64,000 nucleotides of DNA, from positions 193,084-257,083 of the forward strand of contig JBAZSE010000001.1 of the NCBI GenBank assembly GCA_041662565.1. The letters run 5' to 3'. How positions within the stretch are numbered: the stretch's first letter is position 1; every line of letters begins with the position of its first letter. This document shows, one piece after another, positions 37,628 to 48,147 of the stretch. The notes beneath the pieces are model-generated. The model made no database searches. It was not told the origin of the DNA and was given only the letters and a program-made list of their open reading frames with translations. This DNA is from Patescibacteria group bacterium (GTDB lineage Bacteria; Patescibacteriota; Patescibacteriia; UBA1558; UBA10009). The position numbers were made by a program, and so were the translations under genes.

Positions 37628-37676
37628 GCACCCTGTCCTTTATCTAGGATATCTGATCCTTGGATTCTTGACACTT

Positions 37677-37738
37677 CGACCGACTGGACTAAATATGTGT
37701 TCAACAACACCTCTATTTAGTCCAGCGGTCGGTTTTTT
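37677..37738 (+). terminator. Long hairpin terminator (about 18-bp stem) plus T6
   Basis: cgaccgactggactaaata ... tatttagtccagcggtcgg tttttt. Confidence 0.75.
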
Positions 37739-37816
37739 ATTTTGCCTAAATTGTGGTATAATTTTGGGGAAAAGAGGGCGAGGAAGCCCTTTGGTTTTTT
37801 ATTAATTTCAAGCTTT

Positions 37817-38266
37817 ATGGCTAAAAATAGAAAAATTTACATTGGCTCGGATCATGCCGGCTTTAAGCTTAAGGAAGAATTAAAGAAATATTTAAAAACC
37901 CTTGGTTTTGCATGCCAGGATCTGGGCAATACCAAGTTTGAGCCCCTGGACGATTATCCCGATTACGCTACCAAAGTGGCTCGCCAGGTGGTTAAAAATA
38001 AAGGCGCCAACGGCATTTTAATTTGTGGCAGCGGGGTGGGCATGTGCATGGCCGCTAATAAGGTTAGGGGAGCCAGAGCCGTAAACGCCTCTGATGAAAA
38101 AATTGCCCAGGCCTCGCGTGAACACAATCAGGCCAATATTTTATGTTTTGGCCAAAGCTATATTAAACCGGCCTTAGCTAAAAAAATTACCAAAGTTTGG
38201 CTAAATACTCCTTACAGTACCGAAGATAGGCATGTGAGGCGAGTAATAAAAATGAATAAATTATGA
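37817..38266 (+). CDS. rpiB: Ribose-5-phosphate isomerase B
   Basis: IYIGSDHAGFKLKE, ILICGSGVGMCMAANK; start ATG at 37817 preferred over 37742. Confidence 0.85.
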   Translation: MAKNRKIYIGSDHAGFKLKEELKKYLKTLGFACQDLGNTKFEPLDDYPDYATKVARQVVKNKGANGILICGSGVGMCMAANKVRGARAVNASDEKIAQASREHNQANILCFGQSYIKPALAKKITKVWLNTPYSTEDRHVRRVIKMNKL

Positions 38267-38895
38267 AAAAAATCATTCCCGCCATTTTAACCAACGATGT
38301 AGAAGATTTAAAAACCAAACTGGTTCAGCTTAAAGGTTTGGTTGACTGGGTGCAAATAGATATTATGGATAATATTTTTGTGCCCAACCAATCTATAGGC
38401 GTGGCTGAATTAAAAAGCATCAGCCATGCTTTTAATTTAGAAGCCCATTTAATGGTAGAACAGCCGGAAAAATATTTTCATGATTGTTTGGAAGCCGGTT
38501 TTAAAAGGGTGATTTTCCACGTGGAATGTTGCCACGATTTGGCCATGGTTTTTAACGAAGCCAAAAATTACGGTTTTGAAATAGGCATAGCTTTAAACCC
38601 CGAAACTCCTATTGAACACGTTTTGCCTTTTTTGGATAAAGTCAAATTAGTTTTGTTTTTAACCGTGCATCCCGGTTTTCAGGGGCAAGAATTTATTCCG
38701 GAAGTTATGCTTAAAATTAAAAAACTCAAAGAAATGCATCCAGAAATTTTATTGGCCATTGATGGGGGCTTAAAATTGGAAAATATTCAACTGGCCGCCA
38801 GTTCGGGGGCTGATTATTTGTGCGTGGGTAGCGGGGTTTTTAAAAACGGCGATCCTATTCAAAATCTTAAACAATTAAATGAAGCGGTAAGTTAA
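38263..38895 (+). CDS. rpe: Ribulose-phosphate 3-epimerase
   Basis: VQIDIMDNIFVPNQSIG matches the Rpe HxDxMDGxFVPN pattern; TIM barrel size. Confidence 0.75.
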   Translation: MKKIIPAILTNDVEDLKTKLVQLKGLVDWVQIDIMDNIFVPNQSIGVAELKSISHAFNLEAHLMVEQPEKYFHDCLEAGFKRVIFHVECCHDLAMVFNEAKNYGFEIGIALNPETPIEHVLPFLDKVKLVLFLTVHPGFQGQEFIPEVMLKIKKLKEMHPEILLAIDGGLKLENIQLAASSGADYLCVGSGVFKNGDPIQNLKQLNEAVS

Positions 38896-38900
38896 AAAAT

Positions 38901-40901
38901 ATGTCCGATCAACAACTGGATAATTTGTGCGTTAATACTTTAAGAATTTTATCCGCTGAAATGGTAGAAAAAGCCAAAAGCGGGCATCCTGGTTTGCCTT
39001 TGGGCGCCTCTCCTATGGCTTATGTTTTATGGACCAAGTTTTTACGCCATAATCCGGGTAATCCAAAATGGCAAAATCGCGACAGGTTTATTTTATCAGC
39101 TGGGCATGGTAGCGCACTCTTATACAGTTTATTGCATTTAACGGGCTACAATTTACCACTGGAAGAATTAAAAAATTTCCGCCAATGGGAAAGTAAGTGC
39201 CCGGGCCATCCGGAATACGGTTTAACGCCCGGCGTAGAAACCACCACCGGCCCGCTAGGCCAAGGGTTTGCCAATGGCATTGGCATGGCTTTAGGGCAAA
39301 GTATTTTAGCCGCCAGATATAATAAAGAGGGATATAAGCTTTTTGATTACACTATTTACGGTTTGGTTTCGGATGGCGATTTAATGGAAGGCATAAGTTC
39401 CGAAGCCGCTTCATTTGCCGGCAGTACTTTTTTGGGCAAATTGATCTATTTTTACGACAGCAATAAAATTTCCATTGAAGGTTCTACCGATTTAAGCTTT
39501 AAAGAAAACGTTAGTGAGCGTTTTAAGGCCTATAATTGGCAGGTGCTAGAAGTAGCTGATGGAAATAATTTGGCAGAAATAGCCAAAGCCGTTAATGAAG
39601 CTAAAACTGATGTTCGCCCGACCTTAATTAATGTTAAAACCCATATTGGTTTTGGCAGCCCTAAACAGGATAGCGCCGAAGCCCATGGCGAACCATTGGG
39701 GAGCGAGGCCTTAAAACAAACAAAAATTAATTTGAACTGGCCGCTAGAGCAGGAATTTTATCTGCCTCAAGAAGCAGTTGATTATTTTAGGCAGGCAATA
39801 ACGGAAGGAGAAAAACAAGAAAATTCTTGGCAAGAACTTTTTAAAAATTACCAAAATGCTTTTCCGGATTTAGCCAAAGAATTAACCAATGAAAATTTAC
39901 CTGTTGGTTGGGATGCTGATTTGCCTGTTTTTGATCCTGCTAAGGATGCCAGTATGGCCACTCGAGCTGCTTCGGGCAAGGCCTTAAACGCTTTGGCTAA
40001 AAAATTACCATTGCTCTTGGGCGGTTCAGCCGATTTAGCGCCTTCGAATAAAACCTATTTAACGGGTTTTGCCGATTTTACCGATCAAAAGGCAACCACC
40101 GAAGCACGCAATATTCATTTTGGGGTACGCGAACATGCCATGGGCGCAATTTTAAACGGTTTAGCTTTAACCAGCCCCATTATTCCTTATGGCGGAACCT
40201 TTTTTATTTTTACAGATTACTTTAAGCCGGCCATCCGTTTGGCCGCATTAATGAATTTGCGGGTGATATATGTTTTAACTCATGATTCCATTGGCGTAGG
40301 CGAAGACGGACCAACGCATCAACCCATAGAACATTTAATGGCCTTGCGAGCTGTGCCAAATTTATTAGTCATTAGGCCAGCGGATGCCAATGAAACGGCC
40401 ATAGCTTGGCAAACGGCCATAAACAATACCACAGGCCCTACCGCGTTGGTTTTAACCAGGCAGAATTTAGCCACTATTGACCGAACAAAATTCGCTTCAG
40501 CCCAAAATTTAACTAAGGGCGCTTATGTTTTAAATCCGCAAGTTGCCAATCCTGATTTGATTATCATAGCTACCGGATCGGAAGTGGAATTAGCCCTGGC
40601 TTCAGCCGTTGTTTTGCAAGAAAAAAATATCCAAACCAGAGTAGTTAGCATGCCTTCTTGGAGATTATTTGAAGCACAATCGGCAGAATATAAAGAACAG
40701 GTTTTACCGGCCAATATCACGGCTCGTTTAAGTATTGAGGCAGGGTCTACACAGGGCTGGCAAAAATATATTGGTTTAAACGGCATGGCCATTGGCCTGG
40801 ATCGTTTTGGCGCTTCCGCTCCGGCAAAAGTTAATTTTGAAAAATTCGGTTTTACGGTAGAAAATGTTGTGGCACGCGCCCTTAAACTTTTAAATAAATA
40901 A
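38901..40901 (+). CDS. tkt: Transketolase
   Basis: SGHPGLPLGASPMAYVLW TPP-binding region; 666 aa. Confidence 0.9.
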   Translation: MSDQQLDNLCVNTLRILSAEMVEKAKSGHPGLPLGASPMAYVLWTKFLRHNPGNPKWQNRDRFILSAGHGSALLYSLLHLTGYNLPLEELKNFRQWESKCPGHPEYGLTPGVETTTGPLGQGFANGIGMALGQSILAARYNKEGYKLFDYTIYGLVSDGDLMEGISSEAASFAGSTFLGKLIYFYDSNKISIEGSTDLSFKENVSERFKAYNWQVLEVADGNNLAEIAKAVNEAKTDVRPTLINVKTHIGFGSPKQDSAEAHGEPLGSEALKQTKINLNWPLEQEFYLPQEAVDYFRQAITEGEKQENSWQELFKNYQNAFPDLAKELTNENLPVGWDADLPVFDPAKDASMATRAASGKALNALAKKLPLLLGGSADLAPSNKTYLTGFADFTDQKATTEARNIHFGVREHAMGAILNGLALTSPIIPYGGTFFIFTDYFKPAIRLAALMNLRVIYVLTHDSIGVGEDGPTHQPIEHLMALRAVPNLLVIRPADANETAIAWQTAINNTTGPTALVLTRQNLATIDRTKFASAQNLTKGAYVLNPQVANPDLIIIATGSEVELALASAVVLQEKNIQTRVVSMPSWRLFEAQSAEYKEQVLPANITARLSIEAGSTQGWQKYIGLNGMAIGLDRFGASAPAKVNFEKFGFTVENVVARALKLLNK

Positions 40902-40937
40902 TCAATTATTGTTATACTCAAATAATTAAATAATTTT

Positions 40938-41657
40938 ATGGCTACCAAAAACAAACAAAAAGGCAAAAAAGTTGTGGAGTACCAGGGCTATAGGCCCGAT
41001 ACGGCTTTAAAGGTCAGTGATAATGAAATAGAAACCTGGCGGATTTTTAAAATCATGGCCGAATTTATTTCCGGCTTTGAATTTATTAGCAAGTATGAAA
41101 AAGAAGTCACTTTTTTTGGTTCAGCCAGAGCCGGTTTTGATAAAGGTATTTATCAAGAAGCCACCAAACTGGCTTACCGCCTTTCCAAAGAAGGTTACGC
41201 CATTATGACGGGCGGCGGGCCCGGCATTATGGAAGCGGCTAATAAAGGCGCATACGAAGCCGGCGGACCATCATTGGGCGCCAACATTAAATTGCCGGAT
41301 ACTTCCATGGGCACCGAAAGGCGCAACGCTTACGTTAAAGAATCCTGCGTGTTTGATTATTTTTTCGTGCGTAAAGTTATATTATCCATTACTTCGCAGG
41401 CCTACATTTTCTTTCCCGGAGGTTACGGCACTTTGGATGAATTATTCGATATGATCACTTCCATTCAAACCAAAAAAATAAAAAGAGTGCCGATTATTTT
41501 GGTTAACACCGAATTTTGGACACCGCTTTTGGCTTGGATAGATGAATATGTTTGCACGCGCAATAACGCCATTAATAAAGAAGATATGCAAATTTATCAA
41601 CTTGTAAATAATGCCGACGACGCCTTTAAATTAATCAAAAAGCTTTTAAAGAATTAA
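40938..41657 (+). CDS. LOG-family protein (TIGR00730 Rossmann-fold nucleotide-binding, cytokinin riboside 5'-monophosphate phosphoribohydrolase-like)
   Basis: GGGPGIMEAANKGA and PGGYGTLDELFD motifs. Confidence 0.8.
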   Translation: MATKNKQKGKKVVEYQGYRPDTALKVSDNEIETWRIFKIMAEFISGFEFISKYEKEVTFFGSARAGFDKGIYQEATKLAYRLSKEGYAIMTGGGPGIMEAANKGAYEAGGPSLGANIKLPDTSMGTERRNAYVKESCVFDYFFVRKVILSITSQAYIFFPGGYGTLDELFDMITSIQTKKIKRVPIILVNTEFWTPLLAWIDEYVCTRNNAINKEDMQIYQLVNNADDAFKLIKKLLKN

Positions 41658-41661
41658 AATA

Positions 41662-42510
41662 ATGAAAACCAAAATATTTTTGGATAGCGGAGATCCGGCG
41701 GAAACAAAAATTGCGCATGAGTTGTTGGGTTATTTGGATGGGCAAACCACCAATCCCAGTTTGATTGTTAAACATCCGGAGGCGCAAGCCAGGGCGCAAG
41801 CAGGAAAAAAATTCTCTCAAGAAGAAATTTTTGATTTTTACCAAAAAGTTATTACCGAAATTTCAGCTTTAATTCCTGTTGGTTCAGTTTCGGTAGAAGT
41901 TTATGCGGATAAAGATACGAAGGCCGAAACAATGATCGAGCAGGGCTTAAAAATGAACAGTTGGATACCTAACGCTTGGATTAAGTTGCCAATTACCCCC
42001 GAGGGTTTAAAAGCGGCCACGGAATTGGTTAAGCAAAAAGTCCGCTTAAATTTAACTTTATGTTTTTCGCAATCCCAAGCGGCCGCAGTTTATGCCGCAA
42101 CTTTGGGTGCCGGTAAAGGCGAAGTTTTTGTTTCACCTTTTGTGGGTCGGTTGGATGATAGGGGAGAAAACGGTATGGATTTAATTGCCAATATCGTTAA
42201 AATGTATTCATCGGGCGATGGGCATGTGGAGGTTTTATCAGCCAGTGTGCGTAATCAAGAACATTTTAATGAATCCTTGCGTTTGCAGGCCGATATTATT
42301 ACTGCTCCCTTAAAAGCGATTCAACCTTGGGCCCAAGCCGGGCAAATAGTTCCGGGTGATGAATACGTTTATCCTAAGGGCAATTTAACGGCTATACCGT
42401 ATCAAGAAATTTCTTTAACTAAACCTTGGCAAGAATACAACATCCAGCACGATTTAACCGATAAAGGTTTGGAAAAGTTTGCTACCGATTGGAATGCGTT
42501 GATTGGTTGA
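41662..42510 (+). CDS. tal: Transaldolase / fructose-6-phosphate aldolase family
   Basis: IFLDSGDPAETK N-terminus; Schiff-base Lys context in a TIM barrel. Confidence 0.65.
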   Translation: MKTKIFLDSGDPAETKIAHELLGYLDGQTTNPSLIVKHPEAQARAQAGKKFSQEEIFDFYQKVITEISALIPVGSVSVEVYADKDTKAETMIEQGLKMNSWIPNAWIKLPITPEGLKAATELVKQKVRLNLTLCFSQSQAAAVYAATLGAGKGEVFVSPFVGRLDDRGENGMDLIANIVKMYSSGDGHVEVLSASVRNQEHFNESLRLQADIITAPLKAIQPWAQAGQIVPGDEYVYPKGNLTAIPYQEISLTKPWQEYNIQHDLTDKGLEKFATDWNALIG

Positions 42511-42553
42511 TAATTGACAAATTTTAAGGGTTTTGTAAAATAGAATAAATACA

Positions 42554-42600
42554 AACAGGGTCAAACAGCTATTATTAATGGCTTTGGCCTTTTTTTATTA
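42554..42600 (+). repeat. AAACAGGGTCAA element copy C (left copy of a 45-bp direct repeat), preceded by TTGACA-N16-TAAAAT
   Basis: aaacagggtcaaacagctattattaatggctttggcctttttttatta. Confidence 0.7.
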
Positions 42601-42670
42601 ACGACGTAGAGCGAGAGAAGCGAAAAGGTAATCTTTTCGCTTCCGAGCCGAGGAGTTAATATGTAATCAT

Positions 42671-42976
42671 ATGAAAATACAGATTTTGCCAGCAGTCAAT
42701 CAATTTGTATTTTCTTTAGACGAATCAATTATAGCCAAAGTTTTAAGAACTATTGATTTATTGGAAAGATTCGGCAATCAATTACAATTACCTCACAGTA
42801 AATCAGTTGGCCACCGCCTGTTTGAGTTAAGAATTCACGGCCGTCAAGAAATCCGTATTTTTTATGGTTATTATGAAAACAGAGCAATTTTGCTTCATGG
42901 TTTAATTAAAAAATCCAATAAAATTCCAAAACATGAATTAAGTACAGCTTATAGTCGTTTTAAAGATTTGACATAG
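42671..42976 (+). CDS. HigB/RelE-like (Gp49 family) type II toxin
   Basis: LFELRI..RIFYGYY..ILLHGLIKKSNKIPKHE pattern; toxin precedes an XRE antitoxin. Confidence 0.65.
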   Translation: MKIQILPAVNQFVFSLDESIIAKVLRTIDLLERFGNQLQLPHSKSVGHRLFELRIHGRQEIRIFYGYYENRAILLHGLIKKSNKIPKHELSTAYSRFKDLT

Positions 42977-43039
42977 TATAACATATACGTTATAATTGGC
43001 AATGAGTGAGGAGAGAAAATTTATTTTCTCTCCAAACGA

Positions 43040-43345
43040 ATGAACCAATTATATAAAATATACTTATTTTATATGGAATCCTATAAAAATTTTAAAAACA
43101 AGCTGTTAAAGAATCCAAATATTAAAAAGGCCTATGATGAATTAGGGCCTGAATTTGCCGTTATTCGGATGATTATAGCTAAAAGGCTCGCCGCTGGGCT
43201 TACCCAAACTCAGTTGGCTAAAAAATTGGGCACCAAGCAATCGGCTATTTCACGTCTGGAACAGGGATCGGCTAATCCATCCCTGGCTTTATTGGTTAAA
43301 CTTTCCAAAGCCCTTAATGCCAAGCTGGAAATTTCCATTTCTTAA
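43040..43345 (+). CDS. HigA-like XRE-family HTH antitoxin
   Basis: LTQTQLAKKLGTKQSAISRLEQG helix-turn-helix. Confidence 0.7.
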   Translation: MNQLYKIYLFYMESYKNFKNKLLKNPNIKKAYDELGPEFAVIRMIIAKRLAAGLTQTQLAKKLGTKQSAISRLEQGSANPSLALLVKLSKALNAKLEISIS

Positions 43346-43375
43346 AAGTATTAAGTTAAGGTGTGAAATTAAATT

Positions 43376-43573
43376 ATGATAAAAAATTTAAAAAATAAGA
43401 AAAATATTTGTAAACACGATTATAAAAATGCAGTACAGGTTGGCAATATTGATTATCAATGTCGTTTGTGTGGAAAATTACTCGATCCATGCGAGTGGTT
43501 TTTGATGAATAGTTTTGAATTTATTGATGTTGATGTAGTGAATAAAAAAATAACAAAAAAACGCCCTAGTTAA
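43376..43573 (+). CDS. Small zinc-ribbon-like protein
   Basis: CKHDY...CRLCGKLLDPC; 65 aa. Confidence 0.3.
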   Translation: MIKNLKNKKNICKHDYKNAVQVGNIDYQCRLCGKLLDPCEWFLMNSFEFIDVDVVNKKITKKRPS

Positions 43574-43688
43574 AGGGCCTTTTCAACCACGTTCCTATGC
43601 CGGTTGTCCCAGCCACGCCACCATCCGGTGACAGTTCGGAATACAGGTTTTTGTTTTTTTACGATATAATAACTTATTAACAGTGTCA

Positions 43689-43714
43689 AACCGCCCTCTC
43701 TGGGCGGTTTTTTG
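43689..43714 (+). terminator. Hairpin AACCGCCC-TCTCT-GGGCGGTT plus T6 in a GC-rich 220-nt spacer
   Basis: Read directly. Confidence 0.6.
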
Positions 43715-43797
43715 CACCCCAATCCACCACCGCCTGGTCCGCCTAGACGTAGTGCTGGCGGATTGCCAAACCAATATGAAAGTGGTACATTTTATAA

Positions 43798-44154
43798 ATG
43801 AATAATGATCAAAATACCAAACTCATTGAGCTTAAGGATTTCATTGATCAGTTTAGACAAGTCAGGGATTGGCAAAAATTCCATAACCCCAAGGATTTAG
43901 CCGAGGCCATAAGTGTGGAAGCGTCTGAGCTAATGGAATTGTTTTTATGGGGCGATAAACAGGAGTTTACCGATAAGGTTAATAACGATCCTGAATTTAA
44001 AACCAAGGTCAGTGATGAACTAGCTGATGTTTTAATCTACTGTATTGAATTTTCGCTTACCACGGGCATTGATCTATCAACTGCCATTATGGAAAAAATG
44101 ACCAAAAATGCTATTAAGTATCCGGTGGAGAAGGGTAAAAGGGAAGTTGGATAA
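43798..44154 (+). CDS. MazG-like nucleoside triphosphate pyrophosphohydrolase (all-alpha NTP-PPase)
   Basis: EASELMELF...DELADVLIYCIEFS EExxE/DxxxD motifs; 118 aa. Confidence 0.7.
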   Translation: MNNDQNTKLIELKDFIDQFRQVRDWQKFHNPKDLAEAISVEASELMELFLWGDKQEFTDKVNNDPEFKTKVSDELADVLIYCIEFSLTTGIDLSTAIMEKMTKNAIKYPVEKGKREVG

Positions 44155-44159
44155 GTATA

Positions 44160-44924
44160 ATGGGTTATGAAATTATGGCAAATTTAACCACGCTTGAAAA
44201 ACAGGTACTTGAAAAATTATTCCAAATGAATGGTGGTTATGTTTTGAATTTTTCAGATCGGACAATGAGAGAGTTTTTTAGAGACGATATAGGAATTGAT
44301 ATTTACAATCAAAAATATAACTATTTAAGCGGTTCAAAAGCTAATCGTATGCGTGGTTTGTGGTTAGAGGCAGATGAGAAAACTGTAGGTAAAAGTTTGT
44401 TGAAACTTATTGAATACATTGAAAATGAAATTTTGCTTGATAATTTAAAGCGAGTAGATTTTCCGAACGATAGAATGACCACTGTAAAAAATATTGGGGA
44501 AAAACTTCTTGGAACAAAAATAAAAATGGAAAATAAATCGCAAGCTACTTTTAAAAATGGCAACATAAATATAACCTTACAAAAAGAAGTTTTTGATCAT
44601 GTGCAAAAATTGTTGAATAGCGGGCATTATTTTAATGCCGTAGAAGAAGCTTATAAAATTGTTAGAAAAAAATTAAAAGACATTTCAGGAAAAGAGAAAG
44701 CTACAGATGCTTTTAGTTATGAAAATTGCGAAAAGATTTTTGGACATCCGCCTGTCGATGATGCAGAAAATGATTTTTTTGAAGGTATAAAATTTTTGCA
44801 TATGGCAATCCAGTTTTTAAGAAACGAAAAGGCGCACACGCCAGCTCGTGATCTCGATAAAAATTTAGCCATTCACTACATTTCGCTTGCTAGTTTGGCG
44901 TATGATCTAATAACCAGAAAATAA
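44160..44924 (+). CDS. HEPN-domain protein (Rx4H motif; TIGR02391-like)
   Basis: C-terminal FLRNEKAHTP matches HEPN Rx4-6H; alpha-helical; 254 aa; 5 nt after mazG-like. Confidence 0.5.
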   Translation: MGYEIMANLTTLEKQVLEKLFQMNGGYVLNFSDRTMREFFRDDIGIDIYNQKYNYLSGSKANRMRGLWLEADEKTVGKSLLKLIEYIENEILLDNLKRVDFPNDRMTTVKNIGEKLLGTKIKMENKSQATFKNGNINITLQKEVFDHVQKLLNSGHYFNAVEEAYKIVRKKLKDISGKEKATDAFSYENCEKIFGHPPVDDAENDFFEGIKFLHMAIQFLRNEKAHTPARDLDKNLAIHYISLASLAYDLITRK

Positions 44925-44926
44925 TC

Positions 44927-45910
44927 ATGACGAATAAATCATCAAATAAAAACTTGCGTAAGGCAAGCCAAGCAAAGAAAGACGAGTTTTATACCCAACT
45001 TTCTGATATTGAAAATGAGCTTAAGCATTATAAAGATCAATTTCGTGGCAAAGTGGTATTTTGTAATTGTGATGACCCCAAAGAAAGCAATTTTGTCAAA
45101 TATTTCAGCATGAATTTTGAGCATTTAGGATTGAAGAAATTAATCGCCACGCACTATAAAGATGCGAATTTGTTTACTAAAGAAGCGCCATATAAATTGG
45201 AATACACCGGCGATAAAAACGGTAATCGCACACCCGATCCGAGTGAATTCATGAAAAAGATGATTGGTACGGGCGACTTCCGTAGCGAAGAATGTATCAA
45301 ACTGCTTAAAGAAGCCGATATAGTGGTGACCAACCCGCCATTTTCTCTATTCCGTGAATACGTTGCGCAGCTTATCGAATACAGGAAGAAATTTTTGATT
45401 ATGGGTAATCAAAATGCGATTACTTATAAAGAAATTTTTAAATTAATTAAAGAGAATAAGATGTGGCTCGGGCAAAGTCTAAATGGTAAAAATATCTTAT
45501 TTGAAATTCCAGATTATTATGAAAGTTACTACAAAATTATAGGCGGTAAAAAATATGCATTTCCAAAAGGTGTAGTATGGTTTACTAACCTTGATGTGCC
45601 AAAACGAAGTGAAGAAATGGTATTGTACAAGAAGTATATTAAAAAAGATTATCCTACATATGATAATTATGATGCGATAAATATCGACAGGACAGAACAG
45701 ATTCCTCTAGATTATGCTGGAGGCATGGGCGTGCCGATTACTTTTTTACATAAATACAATCCTAAGCAATTTGAGATTTTAGATGGGCTTAATCGTTATA
45801 GTATTTTATTTGGACCCACTAAGGAAACTAGAGGTAAATATTTAGCACAAATAAATGGTAAGCCTATTTATGTTCGAATTGTAATTAAAAACAAGAAAGT
45901 AAAAAAATAA
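44927..45910 (+). CDS. N6-adenine DNA methyltransferase-like protein (NPPF motif IV)
   Basis: VVTNPPFSLF catalytic motif; EFYTQ N-terminus; 327 aa; 2 nt after the HEPN gene. Confidence 0.6.
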   Translation: MTNKSSNKNLRKASQAKKDEFYTQLSDIENELKHYKDQFRGKVVFCNCDDPKESNFVKYFSMNFEHLGLKKLIATHYKDANLFTKEAPYKLEYTGDKNGNRTPDPSEFMKKMIGTGDFRSEECIKLLKEADIVVTNPPFSLFREYVAQLIEYRKKFLIMGNQNAITYKEIFKLIKENKMWLGQSLNGKNILFEIPDYYESYYKIIGGKKYAFPKGVVWFTNLDVPKRSEEMVLYKKYIKKDYPTYDNYDAINIDRTEQIPLDYAGGMGVPITFLHKYNPKQFEILDGLNRYSILFGPTKETRGKYLAQINGKPIYVRIVIKNKKVKK

Positions 45911-45911
45911 T

Positions 45912-47003
45912 ATGAAAATTGAATTACATAAAATTCCAGTATATAAGGTGATTGCCGGTTACAGGGATAGCGCCGAGGAGGGCGTGGTGGCTTATAGCGG
46001 TAAACTTGATATTCGTCCGAAGTATCAGCGTGAGTTTGTCTACAAGGGTCACCAGCGTGACGCCGTTATAAAGACAATCAAAAACGGTTTTCCTCTTAAC
46101 GTGATGTATTGGGTTAAAACTGACGAGGGTAACTTTGAGGTTTTAGACGGCCAACAGCGTACTATTAGCGTAGGCCAATATGTAAACGGAGATTTTTCAC
46201 TTAATGATCGTTTTTTTCATAACTTGACTAATGAGGAACAAAGGCAGATTTTGGATTATGAACTCATGATTTATTTTTGCGAGGGCACGGACAAAGAACG
46301 GCTAGACTGGTTCAGGATAATTAATATTGCTGGAGAAAAATTGACTGACCAGGAATTGCGCAATGCAGTGTACACCGGCTCATGGTTGAGTGATGCTAAA
46401 TTGAAATTTAGCAAATCAAACTGTGCGGCATATCATCTAGCAAATGATGGCGGACAATTAGTAAGTGGATCACCAATACGACAAGAGTATTTGGAAACGG
46501 CACTTTCGTGGATTAACGATGGCAAGATAGAGGACTACATGGCTAAGCATCAGCATAATAAGAACGCTGACGAGCTGTGGGAATATTTTCAGAGTGTAAT
46601 TGCATGGGTACGAAAGACTTTTACAAATTATCGTCGAGAAATGAGCGGTGTACAATGGGGCGAACTGCATAACAAATTCAAAGACAAGAAACTGAACGCT
46701 GGCAAATTAGAAGCCGAAATCAAAGATTTAATGCAAGATGAAGATGTAACGAAAAAATCCGGTATTTATCCGTATGTTTTAACTCAAAATGAAAAATTTC
46801 TAAACATCCGTGCTTTTACCGATAAACAAAAGAGAGAGGCCTACGAAAGACGGAAAGGCGTTTGTGCAAAGTGTAAAAAATCTTTTGAAATTGGAGAAAT
46901 GGAAGCTGATCATATAAAACCTTGGCATGAGGGCGGTAAAACTGTTTCAGAAAATTGCCAGATGTTATGTAAGCAAGATAACAGAACTAAGTCTGGAAAA
47001 TAA
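45912..47003 (+). CDS. DUF262 (ParB-like, DGQQR motif) fused to a C-terminal HNH endonuclease
   Basis: IRPKYQREFVY and VLDGQQRTISVG DUF262 signatures; CAKCKK..EADHIKPWHEGGKTVSENCQMLCKQDNRTK HNH motif; start 1 nt after the MTase stop. Confidence 0.7.
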   Translation: MKIELHKIPVYKVIAGYRDSAEEGVVAYSGKLDIRPKYQREFVYKGHQRDAVIKTIKNGFPLNVMYWVKTDEGNFEVLDGQQRTISVGQYVNGDFSLNDRFFHNLTNEEQRQILDYELMIYFCEGTDKERLDWFRIINIAGEKLTDQELRNAVYTGSWLSDAKLKFSKSNCAAYHLANDGGQLVSGSPIRQEYLETALSWINDGKIEDYMAKHQHNKNADELWEYFQSVIAWVRKTFTNYRREMSGVQWGELHNKFKDKKLNAGKLEAEIKDLMQDEDVTKKSGIYPYVLTQNEKFLNIRAFTDKQKREAYERRKGVCAKCKKSFEIGEMEADHIKPWHEGGKTVSENCQMLCKQDNRTKSGK

Positions 47004-47094
47004 AAACGGCAGTATTAAGATTTAATAGATTGTATGTATTTATTGCAAAATTTTAAGAAAAGTGATAAAGTCATGGTGAATTATCTATAAAAAT

Positions 47095-48120
47095 ATGGAC
47101 AAAAAAGCATTTATTCAACAAATTGAAAAATTAAGGAATTCTAAGGTTATTACCTATTTAACTAGTGATAGGCAGGGTCCTGTTAACGCTAGAATTGCCA
47201 TGGATATAGTGCCTATTATAAGCAAGCAGTTAATGGCTATTGGTAAAACTGAAAATATCGATCTATTTTTGTATAGTTCGGGTGGCGACACCATGGTGCC
47301 ATGGAGATTGGTTTCCATGATCCGCGAATACTGCGAAAAATTTTCAGTTATCATTCCATATAAAGCTCATAGTTCCGCAACTATGATTTCTTTAGGCGCT
47401 GATGAAATTGTTATGAGTAATCTTTCAGAGCTTTCGCCAATTGATCCATCAACAGCTAATGTTTTTAATCCTAGTGATCCACAGAATCCTCAAAATAAAA
47501 TTCCTATCTCTGTAGAAGATGTGATGGCTTATTTTGATCTAGCAAAGAATAAGTTTGGCATTAAAAATGACGAAGATCTGGCTAAGATTTTTAATAAATT
47601 TGTGGAAGCCAATCCTCAAATTCATCCTTTGGCCCTAGGTAATATTAATAGGACTCATAATTTAATACGTAACCTCGCTAAGCGTTTACTAAAAAGTCAT
47701 AAAACGCCAATGAGGGAAGAAGAAATTGGTAAAATTGTTGATGATTTTACGGAAAAACTATATTCCCACCAATATTTTATTGGTCGTAAAGAAGCTAAGG
47801 AGGATTTAGGTTTAAAAAATGTTGTTTTTGCTGATGAAAGTTTAGCTAAAGCAATGACCGATTTATACGAAGAATATGCTAGGGAAATGGAATTTGGGAT
47901 TATGTGGAGTCCGGAAAATGAACTTGGTCTTAATGTTATGCAAAACACGAAAGATTATAAGATTGCTTTTATTGAGAGTGATAGTATTATTAATTGTTTT
48001 GAGTTAAAAATTGAATATAGGAAACAACAGATTAATATTATTCAACAAACTCCTCAGGGTCCAATCCAGGTGCCTCAAGAGCAGGTTGGATTTAAGATCG
48101 TTGAGCAGGGTTGGAAATAA
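47095..48120 (+). CDS. SDH-family (S49/ClpP-fold) serine protease
   Basis: LYSSGGDTMVPWRLVSMIRE..AHSSATMISLGADEIVM matches the SDH/ClpP-fold Ser nucleophile region; 341 aa. Confidence 0.55.
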   Translation: MDKKAFIQQIEKLRNSKVITYLTSDRQGPVNARIAMDIVPIISKQLMAIGKTENIDLFLYSSGGDTMVPWRLVSMIREYCEKFSVIIPYKAHSSATMISLGADEIVMSNLSELSPIDPSTANVFNPSDPQNPQNKIPISVEDVMAYFDLAKNKFGIKNDEDLAKIFNKFVEANPQIHPLALGNINRTHNLIRNLAKRLLKSHKTPMREEEIGKIVDDFTEKLYSHQYFIGRKEAKEDLGLKNVVFADESLAKAMTDLYEEYAREMEFGIMWSPENELGLNVMQNTKDYKIAFIESDSIINCFELKIEYRKQQINIIQQTPQGPIQVPQEQVGFKIVEQGWK

Positions 48121-48147
48121 ACTTTAATTAACATAAAAAATTTAACT